Source of the DNA: an uncultured Nitrososphaerota archaeon
GTDB lineage: Archaea > Thermoproteota > Nitrososphaeria > Nitrososphaerales > Nitrosopumilaceae
DNA length: 64,000 nt
Assembly (NCBI GenBank): GCA_963701075.1
Contig: OY969559.1
Location: forward strand, 1,504,001 to 1,568,000
Reading direction: 5' to 3'
Shown: piece after piece, positions 1-9,726 of the stretch
Position numbering within the stretch: the stretch's first letter is position 1
How the letters are laid out: each line of letters starts with the position of its first letter
The notes under the pieces: generated by a model
Told to the model about the DNA's origin: nothing
The model's input: the letters and a program-made list of their open reading frames with translations, nothing else
Database searches by the model: none
Made by a program: the position numbers and the translations under genes

Positions 1-736
1 ATTGTCGCAACTTTTTTGCCTGCTTGATGCACTTGTCGCCCTCATTTTTTCTTCCTAGTTTGAGCAGGAGGCTTCCCTTGTTATACCAAGCATTTGCAAA
101 GCCCGGATCAAGACTTGTTGCTTTATCAAATGATTCCAGTGCTTCATCATATCTTTTCAGATTGTAGAGACAGACGCCATTTAGATTCCAGACTGCTGCA
201 TGTTTGGGATTGAGCGTTATTGCCTTTCCAAAAGACTTCAACGCTTCAGCATATCGTCCCAAGTCAGAGAGACATATACCCTGTAGGTTCCATGCACTCA
301 GTGAATTTGAATCAATTTCCAGTACTTTATCATAGCATACCAGTGCCTCCTCGTATCTTTTCAAATTAGAAAAACAGTCACCCTTCTTGAGCCATGCGTT
401 TGCATATCGTGGTAACTTTGCAGTAGCCTTGTCATAGCATACAATTGCCTCATCATACTTGTGTTTAGCAAAAAGTGCTTCAGCTTGGTCGTACCAGGAA
501 ACAGCATCTTCAGGGTACAGATCGGCAAATTTTTTGTGTGATGTTACCACAGATTTGTGGTGATTTCGCAAGATTTCGTATGCATCTGCGATTAGTTTGA
601 ATTGCTTGTCGTCTTTTTCTGGCGAATTTTTATCAGGATGGTACTTGAGGGCCAATTTTCTATATGCACTTTTTATCTCTTTTAGTGATGAGCCTGGTTC
701 CACACCCAAAATTTCATAGCATTTGGAAACATTCAA
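1..736 (-). CDS. DnaJ (J-domain) plus TPR-repeat protein; stop codon lies just outside the window
   Basis: Manual translation from TTG at 736: [37 protein letters not shown] (HPD motif), then TPR repeats such as [30 protein letters not shown]. Frame is open to position 2. Confidence 0.9.
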   Translation of the reverse strand, partial: MNVSKCYEILGVEPGSSLKEIKSAYRKLALKYHPDKNSPEKDDKQFKLIADAYEILRNHHKSVVTSHKKFADLYPEDAVSWYDQAEALFAKHKYDEAIVCYDKATAKLPRYANAWLKKGDCFSNLKRYEEALVCYDKVLEIDSNSLSAWNLQGICLSDLGRYAEALKSFGKAITLNPKHAAVWNLNGVCLYNLKRYDEALESFDKATSLDPGFANAWYNKGSLLLKLGRKNEGDKCIKQAKKLRQ

Positions 737-990
737 CTCGTATCGCCTTTCATGAAGAACATCTCATCAACTCTAATTTGCAAAAACCTCTACAAATTAG
801 GCTTTCACAGCATAACATTATTAATTTTATCATGCATAAATGTAAAAACTCTATCTTTATGGCGCATTTATCAACAATCCAAACGATCATTTTGATATCA
901 CAGCATGCAATTTCGTTGAATTTTATTTAATTCAAAGTATCAAAAAATTATTCCCAAGAAATAAATTGAAAAATATTTCAACAGAATTGA

Positions 991-1155
991 ATGGCAAATC
1001 AAACAATAAGTGAACTTGTCAAAATGGCGGACAAGATAGTAATTGACGAAGTGAAGGGAAAGAAGGTGACTTTGAAGATAAGCTGGTTTGATCTCAAGGG
1101 AACAAGAAAATCAAAAAAGTTTTTGTTGACTGAAAAGGAAAAGATCGAGTTTTAG
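991..1155 (+). CDS. small hypothetical protein (54 aa)
   Basis: MANQTISELVKMADKIVIDEVKGKKVTLKISWFDLKGTRKSKKFLLTEKEKIEF*; protein-like composition; below the ORF-track cutoff. Confidence 0.7.
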   Translation: MANQTISELVKMADKIVIDEVKGKKVTLKISWFDLKGTRKSKKFLLTEKEKIEF

Positions 1156-1259
1156 ATCTTGACCTAATCATCTTTTTTGTCACCCATAATCTATTTTTCC
1201 AAGTTTTTTGCTCTCAAACTAGCGAAACGCCCAATATACTTGATGATGCAGATTATGTA

Positions 1260-1361
1260 ATGGGTTTTGTATTCTATAACAAAAGACAGAGTCTTTACAG
1301 AAAATCATTTGTTTTGTATTCCAATGATTATGAAACAATTGATGATGAGGAAGAAGACTAG
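1260..1361 (+). CDS. putative micro-protein (33 aa) with acidic tail
   Basis: MGFVFYNKRQSLYRKSFVLYSNDYETIDDEEED*; AATATA element about 25 nt upstream. Confidence 0.4.
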   Translation: MGFVFYNKRQSLYRKSFVLYSNDYETIDDEEED

Positions 1362-1418
1362 AGAAGTACGTCTAAACATGCACCCATCAATAAACATCAT
1401 AAATAAGCAAGTCTTGGT

Positions 1419-1661
1419 TTGTTCATGAAGAAGCATGAGTTCAACAAATCTCTTCTTGACAAATTTACCCTAAATCAGTTACATGAGCTTTGCAAAATAT
1501 ACAAAAGAGAAATGAATCCAATAGATTACAGAGACAGGGTGATTCTGGGCGAATCAGATCCTGAAATAATAAAGAAGAGGTTCATTCCATACATAGTCGG
1601 TTTCTTTGATCAATCAGAGATCATGGAATTTGCCAGTAAATACAAGATAAAGATAGATTAA
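1419..1661 (+). CDS. hypothetical protein, apparent paralog of 25218..25574
   Basis: ORF track; shared pattern LL.KF....L..LC...FI..I......SEI..(F/Y)A.K.KI..D. Confidence 0.7.
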   Translation: MFMKKHEFNKSLLDKFTLNQLHELCKIYKREMNPIDYRDRVILGESDPEIIKKRFIPYIVGFFDQSEIMEFASKYKIKID

Positions 1662-1677
1662 CTCAAAAATCAATGCC

Positions 1678-2337
1678 TCAAGGACCCGACAACGAATTAT
1701 TTTCAGTCAGGTTTGTTTCATTTGCAGATTCTGTGGCATTATTTCCGCTGGTAATGTCACCAGAATAAAGAAGCCCCACTGCAGACATGCGGGCTTGTAC
1801 AAGTGCCAATTGTTGTCTAACATTGTCATCTACGTAGCTTTGCTTTGACTGACAATCCCATTGACCTTTTCCAAAGATAAGATTTGAGAATGCTGCAAAG
1901 TCATAATTTTTCTCATATGAGTATGGAATCAAGCCCAAAACCTTTGTTTTGATGAGAAGTGTTGAATTAAAATCTGTATTAGACTCGTTGTTCAAGACCC
2001 AATCGATAAATGTCTTCATAGTACTGGAATCGGTAAAACCTAGTGTTCCTTGTAGTTGTTCTTCAGAAAGGGAGGGAACCATGTTTCCCGCAATATCAAG
2101 TGAGCCATAATCACCTGAAGTACCACGCATATCAGATTCTACACTCTCAATAATTACAGGCATAAATGATGGGTTACACACAGCCAAAGTAATATCCATC
2201 CCAGCCGTATTGACTTGCCCTATCCCACCTCCAGCAAACTCTAGACTTTTTGCCGAGTAAGATACGCCGATAAATAGTGCGGATAGTGCAATCGCCATTA
2301 CAACTGCAAGTGTTATTAGAGATCTTTTCAAGACCAC
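1678..2337 (-). CDS. membrane-anchored hypothetical protein (possibly LEA-2-like beta-sandwich)
   Basis: N-terminal TM helix; ITLAVCNPSFMPV motif. Confidence 0.7.
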   Translation of the reverse strand: MVLKRSLITLAVVMAIALSALFIGVSYSAKSLEFAGGGIGQVNTAGMDITLAVCNPSFMPVIIESVESDMRGTSGDYGSLDIAGNMVPSLSEEQLQGTLGFTDSSTMKTFIDWVLNNESNTDFNSTLLIKTKVLGLIPYSYEKNYDFAAFSNLIFGKGQWDCQSKQSYVDDNVRQQLALVQARMSAVGLLYSGDITSGNNATESANETNLTENNSLSGP

Positions 2338-2482
2338 ACTAAATCATACAAATATCCATAAATTTCTTGATAAGAATAGATCTTTTGCAGGACCTCTTGT
2401 AAGCTGATCAATTCCAAAACGGTTACAAATAATGCTCCAGATCTCCGTTTTACTTATTAATCTACATACTATCCGGAACACA

Positions 2483-3073
2483 TTGAAGAACAAACAAAAA
2501 TTTAGCATATCTCTGTCTAATGAAGTGCTCAATAGGTTAAGGATTGACTCAAAAAGAGAGAGTATCTCCGTTAACAATTTGATAAATCATATACTAGAAA
2601 ATTATTCTAATTGGAGCCTTCACAATGCTGAATTCATTCCGATCAGAAAAGCATTGCTTTCGAAGTTACTTGAAAAGTTCACACATGAGGAGATTGACTC
2701 CATTGCAGCGAACATGGCACAAACCAGGAACAAGGATACAGTGCTACGATTTACAACTCAATTCGATGTACTAAATACATTGAAGACAGTAGACGAGTGG
2801 CTCCGGATGACAGGCTTTCCATATTCTTATGAAGTAGAAGGCTCTATACACAGATTCATCGTGCTGCATGATCTTGGAAGCAAGTGGTCACTTTACATGG
2901 CAAAGCTTTTAGTTGGTACTCTGAATCAGTTTGGTCTTATTCCAAAATACGAATACACTGACAAGATACTCTCAATTACAGTAGATCTTGGTCAAATCGA
3001 ATCTGAGAGAAAAAGAACTGCCAAGCAGATAGACATGCTAAATTCTGCAATTAAAGAAATAGAATCTAGATAA
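2483..3073 (+). CDS. ribbon-helix-helix-type regulator with C-terminal domain; paralog of 61611..62168
   Basis: FSISLSNEVLNRLRIDSKRESISVNNLINHIL RHH-like N-terminus; HDLGSKWS motif shared with 61611..62168. TTG start at 2483 chosen. Confidence 0.75.
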   Translation: MKNKQKFSISLSNEVLNRLRIDSKRESISVNNLINHILENYSNWSLHNAEFIPIRKALLSKLLEKFTHEEIDSIAANMAQTRNKDTVLRFTTQFDVLNTLKTVDEWLRMTGFPYSYEVEGSIHRFIVLHDLGSKWSLYMAKLLVGTLNQFGLIPKYEYTDKILSITVDLGQIESERKRTAKQIDMLNSAIKEIESR

Positions 3074-3091
3074 AGGAATCTTTTTTGTTTT

Positions 3092-3448
3092 TTATGCACT
3101 GACTGGACATGGCAGAGACTCGGACAATTTTACAATCAATCTTTGCGCTATTTGGTTGTCTATTTTGCCATCACTTATTGTCGAGAGCGGCAAGAAAGTA
3201 GAGGCAAAGTCCAGGATGGATATGATTGTTTTTGCATCCTGCTCGTCTATCTGCAATCTAGTCTGTAGTGTTTTAGAATCAGTCTTTCGGAGTAGAAACT
3301 GCTTGAGTGTATCGTATGAATATTCTATGCCATGCTCCTCGGAAGAATGGGTCATGAACTTTCCAAGCATGTCTTTTTCCTCGCCTTCAACTTCATATCT
3401 GCACTCAAATCCATAATCGGCGCACGCAAACTTTGCCATAGATTGCAT
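3092..3448 (-). CDS. DUF1059-domain small metal-binding protein with C-terminal extension
   Basis: FACADYGFECRY...HSSEEHG motif (C-x5-C...H-x3-H). Confidence 0.8.
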   Translation of the reverse strand: MQSMAKFACADYGFECRYEVEGEEKDMLGKFMTHSSEEHGIEYSYDTLKQFLLRKTDSKTLQTRLQIDEQDAKTIISILDFASTFLPLSTISDGKIDNQIAQRLIVKLSESLPCPVSA

Positions 3449-3637
3449 GATACCATTTAATCTCTTAAGAAGTAGCTTGATCGAAAATCGCAAATCTTGA
3501 TGAAACAAGCTGAAATCATCACATGCAGGACGAATAATTGTTCTTGTCACAAGCGGGTTTGTGGCTGCCCTTTACAGAATGAAGAGAATCAAACAAGATA
3601 ACGCTGAAAAGTGGAGTCTACATCTCAAATAAGGGCT

Positions 3638-4564
3638 CTAGTTCTCTTGTACAAATACGTTCAATGACTCTTTGAGTCCCTTGTACCTGTTTCGTATCGT
3701 GACCTCGGTTACGCCTGCAGCCATGGCAATTACTTTCTGGGTAGTATTATCTCCATTTACAGTACATGACAGATATAGTGCGGCAGCTGCTAGCCCCATC
3801 GGGTCCTTTCCTGCGGAAAGTTCCATGTCGTTTGCGTCCTTTAAAATCTCAAGCGCTCTTCGCTTTACCTTCTCGCTTAATCCTGCTTGGCTTGCAATTC
3901 GTGACATGCATTTTATTGGATCAAGCACTGGCATTGTCATGTCAAGCTCTTCTAATAACAACCTGTAAGATCGTGATATGTCCTTTCTTTTTATATTAAT
4001 TTGACGCGCAATCTCGTTTAATGTCCTAGGAGTGCTAGATTCTCTGCATGCCATGTATAATGCCGCTGCAATAAGACCTGAGATTGACCTACCTTTTGTG
4101 AGTCCCCTTTCCAATCCCTTTCTGTAAATGTATGCTGTCTTTTCAATTACGGCGTCAGAGAGGGCAAGCTTGTCCCTCAGCCTGTTGAGTTCACTAAAAG
4201 CCTGTCTCAAGTTCTTGTCTGCTGACTCGCTAGCCTTGCTTCTGTTATCCCATGTTCTGAGACGATCCATAGTATGTTTCATTGAGGAAGAAAGCGGTTT
4301 TCCCATTGCATCTGTTCTACCATGCCCGATCATAGTTGCAAGTCCCATATCATGCACTGCAAGTGATGTTGGCATTCCTGTTCTTGCCCTGTCATCATAT
4401 TCTTCCTTTGTAAACGCGCGTGTTTCAGAACCCAAGTCTACAATACGATCTTGGATAACAAAACCGCAACCACTGCAAAATTTTTCTCCAGTAGAACTGT
4501 CTGTTACGAGTGAATCTTTTCCACATCGCATACAACTACCAGCATTATAATTATGTAAGACCAT
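3638..4564 (-). CDS. tfb: transcription initiation factor IIB
   Basis: Zn ribbon CMRC...CSGCG, HDMGLAT B-reader, two cyclin repeats, GKDPMGLAAAALY, VTEVTIRNRY. Confidence 0.97.
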   Translation of the reverse strand: MVLHNYNAGSCMRCGKDSLVTDSSTGEKFCSGCGFVIQDRIVDLGSETRAFTKEEYDDRARTGMPTSLAVHDMGLATMIGHGRTDAMGKPLSSSMKHTMDRLRTWDNRSKASESADKNLRQAFSELNRLRDKLALSDAVIEKTAYIYRKGLERGLTKGRSISGLIAAALYMACRESSTPRTLNEIARQINIKRKDISRSYRLLLEELDMTMPVLDPIKCMSRIASQAGLSEKVKRRALEILKDANDMELSAGKDPMGLAAAALYLSCTVNGDNTTQKVIAMAAGVTEVTIRNRYKGLKESLNVFVQEN

Positions 4565-4743
4565 ACAATTTGTCACCTGCATTGCATGACCTATCAATAA
4601 GAACTCTCGTATTTTGCGATGCATGGTTCAGGTTCTGTTGCGTTTTTTGTTGCTGATGTTCAGAAATCACAGAATTGATCAATCAACAAGGTAACAATGA
4701 CACAATTCAACATGCTTAATAGCGATGCAAGTTCTCAAATAAC

Positions 4744-4806
4744 ATGGCAAAAGCCAAATCAAAAGCAAAGTCGAAATCAAAAACCGCAAAGAAAACAAAA
4801 AGATAA
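4744..4806 (+). CDS. putative Lys/Ala/Ser-rich 20-aa micro-peptide
   Basis: MAKAKSKAKSKSKTAKKTKR*; TTAATA at 4716-4721; small hairpin and T-run downstream. Confidence 0.5.
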   Translation: MAKAKSKAKSKSKTAKKTKR

Positions 4807-4917
4807 AAAATAGTGACCTGAAATGGTCAATCTCATTTTTTCCATAAAAAAATTCTGAAAATATAATAGTCAACGTCACATGGTCACATTTATTATTCAG
4901 CAATGGTGTTACTATCG

Positions 4918-5061
4918 ATGTCTGCAAAACTGCTTGTCATCGGTATTATCATAGCTGTTATCGTAGCTATCATATTTTACTTTAGAACAAAAAAGATAAG
5001 AGATGGTCTACGGTCAGACCTGCCCAAACATGCAGATAGACCAGATACAACTGAGCTATAA
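4918..5061 (+). CDS. small single-TM protein (47 aa)
   Basis: MSAKLLVIGIIIAVIVAIIFYFRTKKIRDG...; TM helix followed by basic residues. Confidence 0.65.
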   Translation: MSAKLLVIGIIIAVIVAIIFYFRTKKIRDGLRSDLPKHADRPDTTEL

Positions 5062-5198
5062 TCAACTCACGTTGGTTTTACAAAAGCATCCTTATTGATT
5101 CGTAAGAATGCAGCCATATTGAGAAGAAAATCACGTATTTGTCATGAATTTATCGAATTATTCTTGCGAATTCCATTAGGTTTACATCTACATTTTGC

Positions 5199-5665
5199 TT
5201 ATTTTTTATTTGCACTAGTTTTTTCCAAATAAACTAGAGTTACGTTATCATTAATTTTTTTCAGTTTTAAATATTTTATATCCAATCTTTTGATAGAGAT
5301 GCATATTTGTCTCACTTTTATTGCCAGTGAATAGTTCAAATCTTTTACATGACTTGAACAAACTTTCTATTTCATTCATTAATTTTTTTCAATACCGTGA
5401 CGTTGCGAGTCAAGATGAACCATGAGTCTCCCCAATATGACGGGCCTCTTTCTGTGCAAATGCCCTAACAGAGTCTCTATTATTTTTTCATCAGATTGAG
5501 ATTTAAGAAATACTTTCCAAATTCATCTTCTTATATATTTTGTAAAGTTTGAATCATTAGATAAGTTGAAGTTATCATAAAGCTTGACTTTACTTTGGTA
5601 TACTAATTTTTGAAGCAAAAGTATTTCTTCGGCATTAGAGACTGTTGTTTTTCTATTATCGTCAT
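5199..5665 (-). pseudogene. GNAT acetyltransferase pseudogene with multiple frameshifts
   Basis: Fragments in different frames: AEEILLLQKLVYQS, SVRAFAQKEARHIGRLMVHLDSQRHGI, LMNEIESLFKSCKRFELFTGNKSETNMHLYQKIGY, INDNVTLVYLEK. Confidence 0.8.
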
Positions 5666-5775
5666 TTGATTATTGATTCAACCCCTTCAAATCTTAAAGT
5701 TTTACAACAGCTATGCGTTCCAATACATAGCATCTATAGCGTATCCTTTAACTAGACATTACATATAGTGAAATT

Positions 5776-6117
5776 ATGGGCCAAAAAGTATCAGGAATTG
5801 AAAAACTTCTTGCACCATCACTAAACAGAATAGAGGAAGAATTGAAAGTAATTCATGATGAAATGAATACAGTAAAGGCAAAGATAGATGAGACTAGCAA
5901 TAGGATTACAAAGATTGAAGATGACAATAGACGCCTTGCAAATAGAATAGATAAGATAGGCAGCGGTCTGCCAACCGAGGTGCAGGTCTCAATTGACAAC
6001 ATAAACGACATGGAACGACATGATAGAGATGAAATCGATGTTCTAAAACGTGGCATTGATGTTGCCCAAAGAAGGTTAGCCATCTTAGAGGCCAAAATGA
6101 AAGAACTAGGCAAATAA
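5776..6117 (+). CDS. coiled-coil hypothetical protein
   Basis: ORF track; heptad-rich 113 aa. Confidence 0.75.
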   Translation: MGQKVSGIEKLLAPSLNRIEEELKVIHDEMNTVKAKIDETSNRITKIEDDNRRLANRIDKIGSGLPTEVQVSIDNINDMERHDRDEIDVLKRGIDVAQRRLAILEAKMKELGK

Positions 6118-6190
6118 ATTACATTCCAAGATAGGTTCCATGTTTGAAAGAATTGCTTTGTCATTTTAGATAATTTGACGATCCTGTGAC

Positions 6191-6235
6191 CTAGAGAGAT
6201 TTTATGTTATGATCTCTTTTTCCTTTTAGGACCAT
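6191..6235 (-). pseudogene. cas1: casposase cas1 5' stub (unit 4)
   Basis: ATG GTC CTA AAA GGA AAA AGA GAT CAT AAC ATA AAA TCT CTC TAG = MVLKGKRDH-NIKSL*, matching MTLKGKQNHYNVKFL at 12065. Confidence 0.5.
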
Positions 6236-6452
6236 TCAATGAGGATTTCTTGTCAGGGTCATTTAGTGATGATTTCTTTTTGTCTAGATGCTTGATTCCA
6301 AAGCCTGCGAAAAAAACTAGCCAGCCGATAATAGTCACATACCCTATGACATTTTTAATCGAGTCCGATACATTATGCGAAACCGTAGAAAATATCCAGT
6401 TTAGGATGATCATAGAAATTCCTAAGATCATGATGATTGTGCCACGTTGCAT
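6207..6452 (-). CDS. two-TM small membrane protein (cargo of unit 4)
   Basis: ORF track; two hydrophobic helices; duplicated KKSSLN(D/G)P tail. Confidence 0.75.
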   Translation of the reverse strand: MQRGTIIMILGISMIILNWIFSTVSHNVSDSIKNVIGYVTIIGWLVFFAGFGIKHLDKKKSSLNDPDKKSSLNGPKRKKRS

Positions 6453-6457
6453 ACAAT

Positions 6458-6574
6458 CATAACTTTCGTACTGATCTTAAAGATTCCCCTCCAAACGAAT
6501 CATGATCGAGAATGCCTAGACAACGCCAGTTTTCACATGTAAAAGTCAGATGTACTATTTGTTTGCTATAAAAA
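6458..6574 (-). repeat. degenerate casposon-end/promoter repeat (unit 4)
   Basis: Aligns by eye with 12538-12656: TGATCTTAAA, AATCAT, CCTAG, CA.TTT.CAC, TAAA, TACTATTT. Confidence 0.55.
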
Positions 6575-6651
6575 GGAGGAACTTGATTTGATGCAAAGGC
6601 GTGACTAGTTGAAACTAAATATTTAAATCAAATTCCGTTTCATATGATGCA

Positions 6652-6909
6652 ATGTCCACAAAAACAATCGCACTAATATGTGCCGCTTTTGCAGGTGGCG
6701 TGATCGCAATAGGAATTGCGATGTCAGCAGGATCTGGATGGGAACCAGCAGGTCAGTATACCGGAATAAGCAATGCCGCGCATACGGTCAATAATTCATC
6801 GAGCTGCTATGCGTTTCAGACAGGATGCAATAGTACAAGCTATGGTTCAACAACTACCAGTTCAGACTATAGTGGCGCAGCTTTAAGCGGCTCCTATGGC
6901 GGACCATAG
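6652..6909 (+). CDS. small secreted or membrane-anchored Ser/Gly/Tyr-rich protein
   Basis: N-terminal hydrophobic helix; TTTAAA box upstream; T-run after stop. Confidence 0.75.
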   Translation: MSTKTIALICAAFAGGVIAIGIAMSAGSGWEPAGQYTGISNAAHTVNNSSSCYAFQTGCNSTSYGSTTTSSDYSGAALSGSYGGP

Positions 6910-7089
6910 ATTTAAAATCTATTATTTTTTTCATTTCATAAAGAAGTACAGCATTAATTTTTTCATCATGTAGGTTTGGGAATTATGAGAGAAAAGACTC
7001 TCTTTTGGCAAGAATATGTTTTTGGCTTTTGAAATTAAAATCAGTTAATGGCAAATCTTAAGTCATTACAGAATAATGTGATAAAAGAA

Positions 7090-7227
7090 ATGAGCGAGGA
7101 ACAATGTCTAGAATGTTTGTCCAAAAACACCTGCGAATACATGAACCCAATTGAGAAGAGCGACGGAATGCACTATTATTTTTTATGTGAAGATTGTAAA
7201 CATGAGTGGGAAATAATAAGAAAATAA
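7090..7227 (+). CDS. small zinc-ribbon protein (45 aa), TFS/RpoM C-terminal-like
   Basis: MSEEQCLECLSKNTCEYMNPIEKSDGMHYYFLCEDCKHEWEIIRK*; two CxxC motifs, the second followed by HEW. Confidence 0.75.
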   Translation: MSEEQCLECLSKNTCEYMNPIEKSDGMHYYFLCEDCKHEWEIIRK

Positions 7228-7394
7228 TGAAATTAGAATCCTAAAGCTTTACGACAATAAGAAATCATTCCATATTGTCAAACCGTTTGGTGAAAAGAAT
7301 AGAAAAATTAAACTTTAATTTCTACTGCAAAACCAAATCTGAGAATCAATCAAATTGTTATATACTAAGATTGTATGATATTATCCGAAAACAT

Positions 7395-7766
7395 ATGGAA
7401 GATACACATGAATCGTGCAAAATGGAAGGCGGTGCAGGATGTGGCTGTGGATCAATGTCGTCTCACGAACACTGCGGGTGTGATCAGATGGCATCTCATG
7501 GACACCATGGTTGTGGCGATGGTCATCATTCACATTCTGTGACAAGGATGTACAAGCGTGCATACATGGATGCGTTATATCAAGCCCAAGTAGAACGCCT
7601 AAGAAAAAGAATCGATGCCAAATTCGGGTCAACGCTTGACAAAATGGCTGATGCGGTAGCAGAGTCGTTCGGGAAGATGTGGGAGTCCAAGATGGCAAAA
7701 ATGGAGGCAAGACAGGAGCTGGAAGCCAAACTTAGGAAGATTCTTTCTGAAACAACTAAAACCTAA
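7395..7766 (+). CDS. protein with His/Cys-rich N-terminus and helical C-terminus (putative metal binding)
   Basis: GCGCGSMSSHEHCGCDQMASHGHHGCGDGHHSH; ATG at 7395 follows a TTATATA box. Confidence 0.8.
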   Translation: MEDTHESCKMEGGAGCGCGSMSSHEHCGCDQMASHGHHGCGDGHHSHSVTRMYKRAYMDALYQAQVERLRKRIDAKFGSTLDKMADAVAESFGKMWESKMAKMEARQELEAKLRKILSETTKT

Positions 7767-7956
7767 AATATTTTTTCCTCGGTCTTTTTTTTAAATAATC
7801 CATCTAGAGAAACCGATTCTAGAGAATGAAGTTTAGACGGATAGAATAGAAGGTAATGATCCTAAAGTTATGAATGGATTAGCCAATTTTTATGAATTAG
7901 CATTGAGAAAGGAAAAATTTGATCATCTTTAAAAATACTGGGAGTAAGTAGTCATA

Positions 7957-8943
7957 TTGAAAAAAACTGCATATCTTCTGATAGCATTAATTTTTGTATC
8001 AAGTATGACAATAAGTTCGTCAACTAACGCGGTTGCACAACAAACACCTACAAATAATTTTAACACAATTAATTATCCTAGCGCCACTAATACATTTGCT
8101 CTTGGAATAAACAATGCTGGTCAGATAGTTGGGTATTATTATAACAGTCAAGAGAACTACCACGGCTTTCTACTCTCATCTGGTAACTATACCTCAATTA
8201 ATTACCCCGGTGCCAGTAGTACGACTGTTCTTGGAATTAACAATGCTGGTCAGATAGTTGGATATTATTATGATAATTCAGGGCACCTCCATGGCTTTCT
8301 ACTATCGTCTGGCAACTATACCTCAATTGATTACCCAGGTGAAAATAGTACATCGGCTTTTGGAATTAACAATGCGGGTCAGATAGTTGGAAATTATATT
8401 GATAGTTCAGAACATTTCCATGGCTTTCTACTCGCGTCTGGCAACTATACCTCAATTGATTACCCCGGTGAAAATAGTACCGCTCCTTATGGAATTAACA
8501 ATGCGGGTCAGATAGTTGGAAATTATATTGATAGTGTGGGACACTACCACGGCTTTCTACTCGCGTCTGGCAACTATACCCCAATTGATTATCCCGGTGA
8601 AAATAGTACCGCTCCTTATGGAATTAACAATGCTGGTCAGATAGTTGGATATTATTATAACAATCTAGAGAATAACCACGGCTTTCTACTCTTGTCTGGC
8701 AACTATACCTCAATTGATTACCCAGGTGCGAATAGTACAGCTGCTTTTGGAATTAATAATGCCGGTCAGATAGTTGGAAGTTATTACGATGATTCAGGAC
8801 ACTACCACGGCTTTCTACTCTCGTCTGGTGAGACTATACAAACTACTCCTGAATTTGGCCCTGTTGCCCCAATCATACTTGGCATTTCAATTCTGTCAAT
8901 AATTATTTTATCGGTCAGAACTAGATTCTTACACAGATCCTAG
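7957..8943 (+). CDS. secreted HAF-like repeat beta-propeller protein with PEFG-CTERM anchor
   Basis: Signal peptide, six GINNAGQIVG...HGFLL repeats, PEFG motif plus TM and basic tail. Confidence 0.9.
   Translation: MKKTAYLLIALIFVSSMTISSSTNAVAQQTPTNNFNTINYPSATNTFALGINNAGQIVGYYYNSQENYHGFLLSSGNYTSINYPGASSTTVLGINNAGQIVGYYYDNSGHLHGFLLSSGNYTSIDYPGENSTSAFGINNAGQIVGNYIDSSEHFHGFLLASGNYTSIDYPGENSTAPYGINNAGQIVGNYIDSVGHYHGFLLASGNYTPIDYPGENSTAPYGINNAGQIVGYYYNNLENNHGFLLLSGNYTSIDYPGANSTAAFGINNAGQIVGSYYDDSGHYHGFLLSSGETIQTTPEFGPVAPIILGISILSIIILSVRTRFLHRS
8068..8830 (+). repeat. six tandem 129-bp (43-aa) coding repeats
   Basis: CA(C/T)GGCTTTCTA recurs at 8161, 8290, 8419 and onward with 129-nt period. Confidence 0.9.
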
Positions 8944-9117
8944 AGGTTCTCCAAACAAATCATATTTCCCGTTACGATGTGAATCACTGAAAACGGAATC
9001 AGGCACACAGGAGCCTGTGTTAGTAGAAGCAAGTTGAATTGCCCTAGGATGAAAAATACGAGAGATTGATCCTAGATTTAGCCCCATCTTAAAATACAAT
9101 TACTGCGTAATTATACT

Positions 9118-9471
9118 ATGCAAGGCTCAAGTGCACTAGATAATTACGATTTAAAAAGAGCACATCAAGCTCTAAAAATGCTGCTTATTGATAGAAGTAA
9201 TGAATTTCGCCTTTTTGCTCGAGGAATTGGGTATCCGACTAACACAAAAGACTGGGAATTAATAGTCCTGAATTTTTGTCTTGATTATATAGAATGTTTC
9301 CATACGTGGACTGCCGATGATCCGCCAGACCATCACCATATCCACAAGTGCATGACACAGATGAGACAGATGGCTAGAGGAAAATCAACCATGACTGAAG
9401 TCACACATCTTCAGAATACCGCATATCTAATTGCAGAGGATTTTAAAGCAATTTACAAGAGAATAGAATAG
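9118..9471 (+). CDS. hypothetical protein
   Basis: ORF track 117 aa; TTAAAA box upstream. Confidence 0.8.
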   Translation: MQGSSALDNYDLKRAHQALKMLLIDRSNEFRLFARGIGYPTNTKDWELIVLNFCLDYIECFHTWTADDPPDHHHIHKCMTQMRQMARGKSTMTEVTHLQNTAYLIAEDFKAIYKRIE

Positions 9472-9474
9472 TAG

Positions 9475-9525
9475 AACCCTTTTAGAAATTCAACGTTGTA
9501 ATGATATGTTTTCTTTTTAGAGCAA
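9475..9525 (-). pseudogene. cas1: casposase cas1 5' stub (unit 3)
   Basis: Reverse complement TTG-CTCTAAAAAGAAAACATATCATTACAACGTTGAATTTCTAAAAGGGTTC (...HYNVEFLKGF) aligns with the stub starting at 12065. Confidence 0.6.
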
Positions 9526-9538
9526 GATTTACTCTTTT

Positions 9539-9721
9539 TTATCTAGTGAGATAGAAACAATTCCATTTCATATGAGGAATAGATTGCATACTAGGCTGCG
9601 CACAATGTAGGATGTAATGCGCTGGCATATGGGGCGTTACAAGTAAATGTACTGTAGCAATTGTGATTCCAATTCCAACTAGTACTGAAATTATTGTTAT
9701 TGCAATAACTGATTTATTCAT
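9539..9721 (-). CDS. single-TM small protein (cargo of unit 3)
   Basis: ORF track; N-terminal TM; starts 20 nt from the repeat-borne TATA box. Confidence 0.7.
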   Translation of the reverse strand: MNKSVIAITIISVLVGIGITIATVHLLVTPHMPAHYILHCAQPSMQSIPHMKWNCFYLTR

Positions 9722-9726
9722 AATAT

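Noticed and set aside
664-930. ORF-track 88-aa plus-strand ORF
   Set aside because: Overlaps the start and promoter of the DnaJ-TPR gene on the opposite strand and has no protein-like features.
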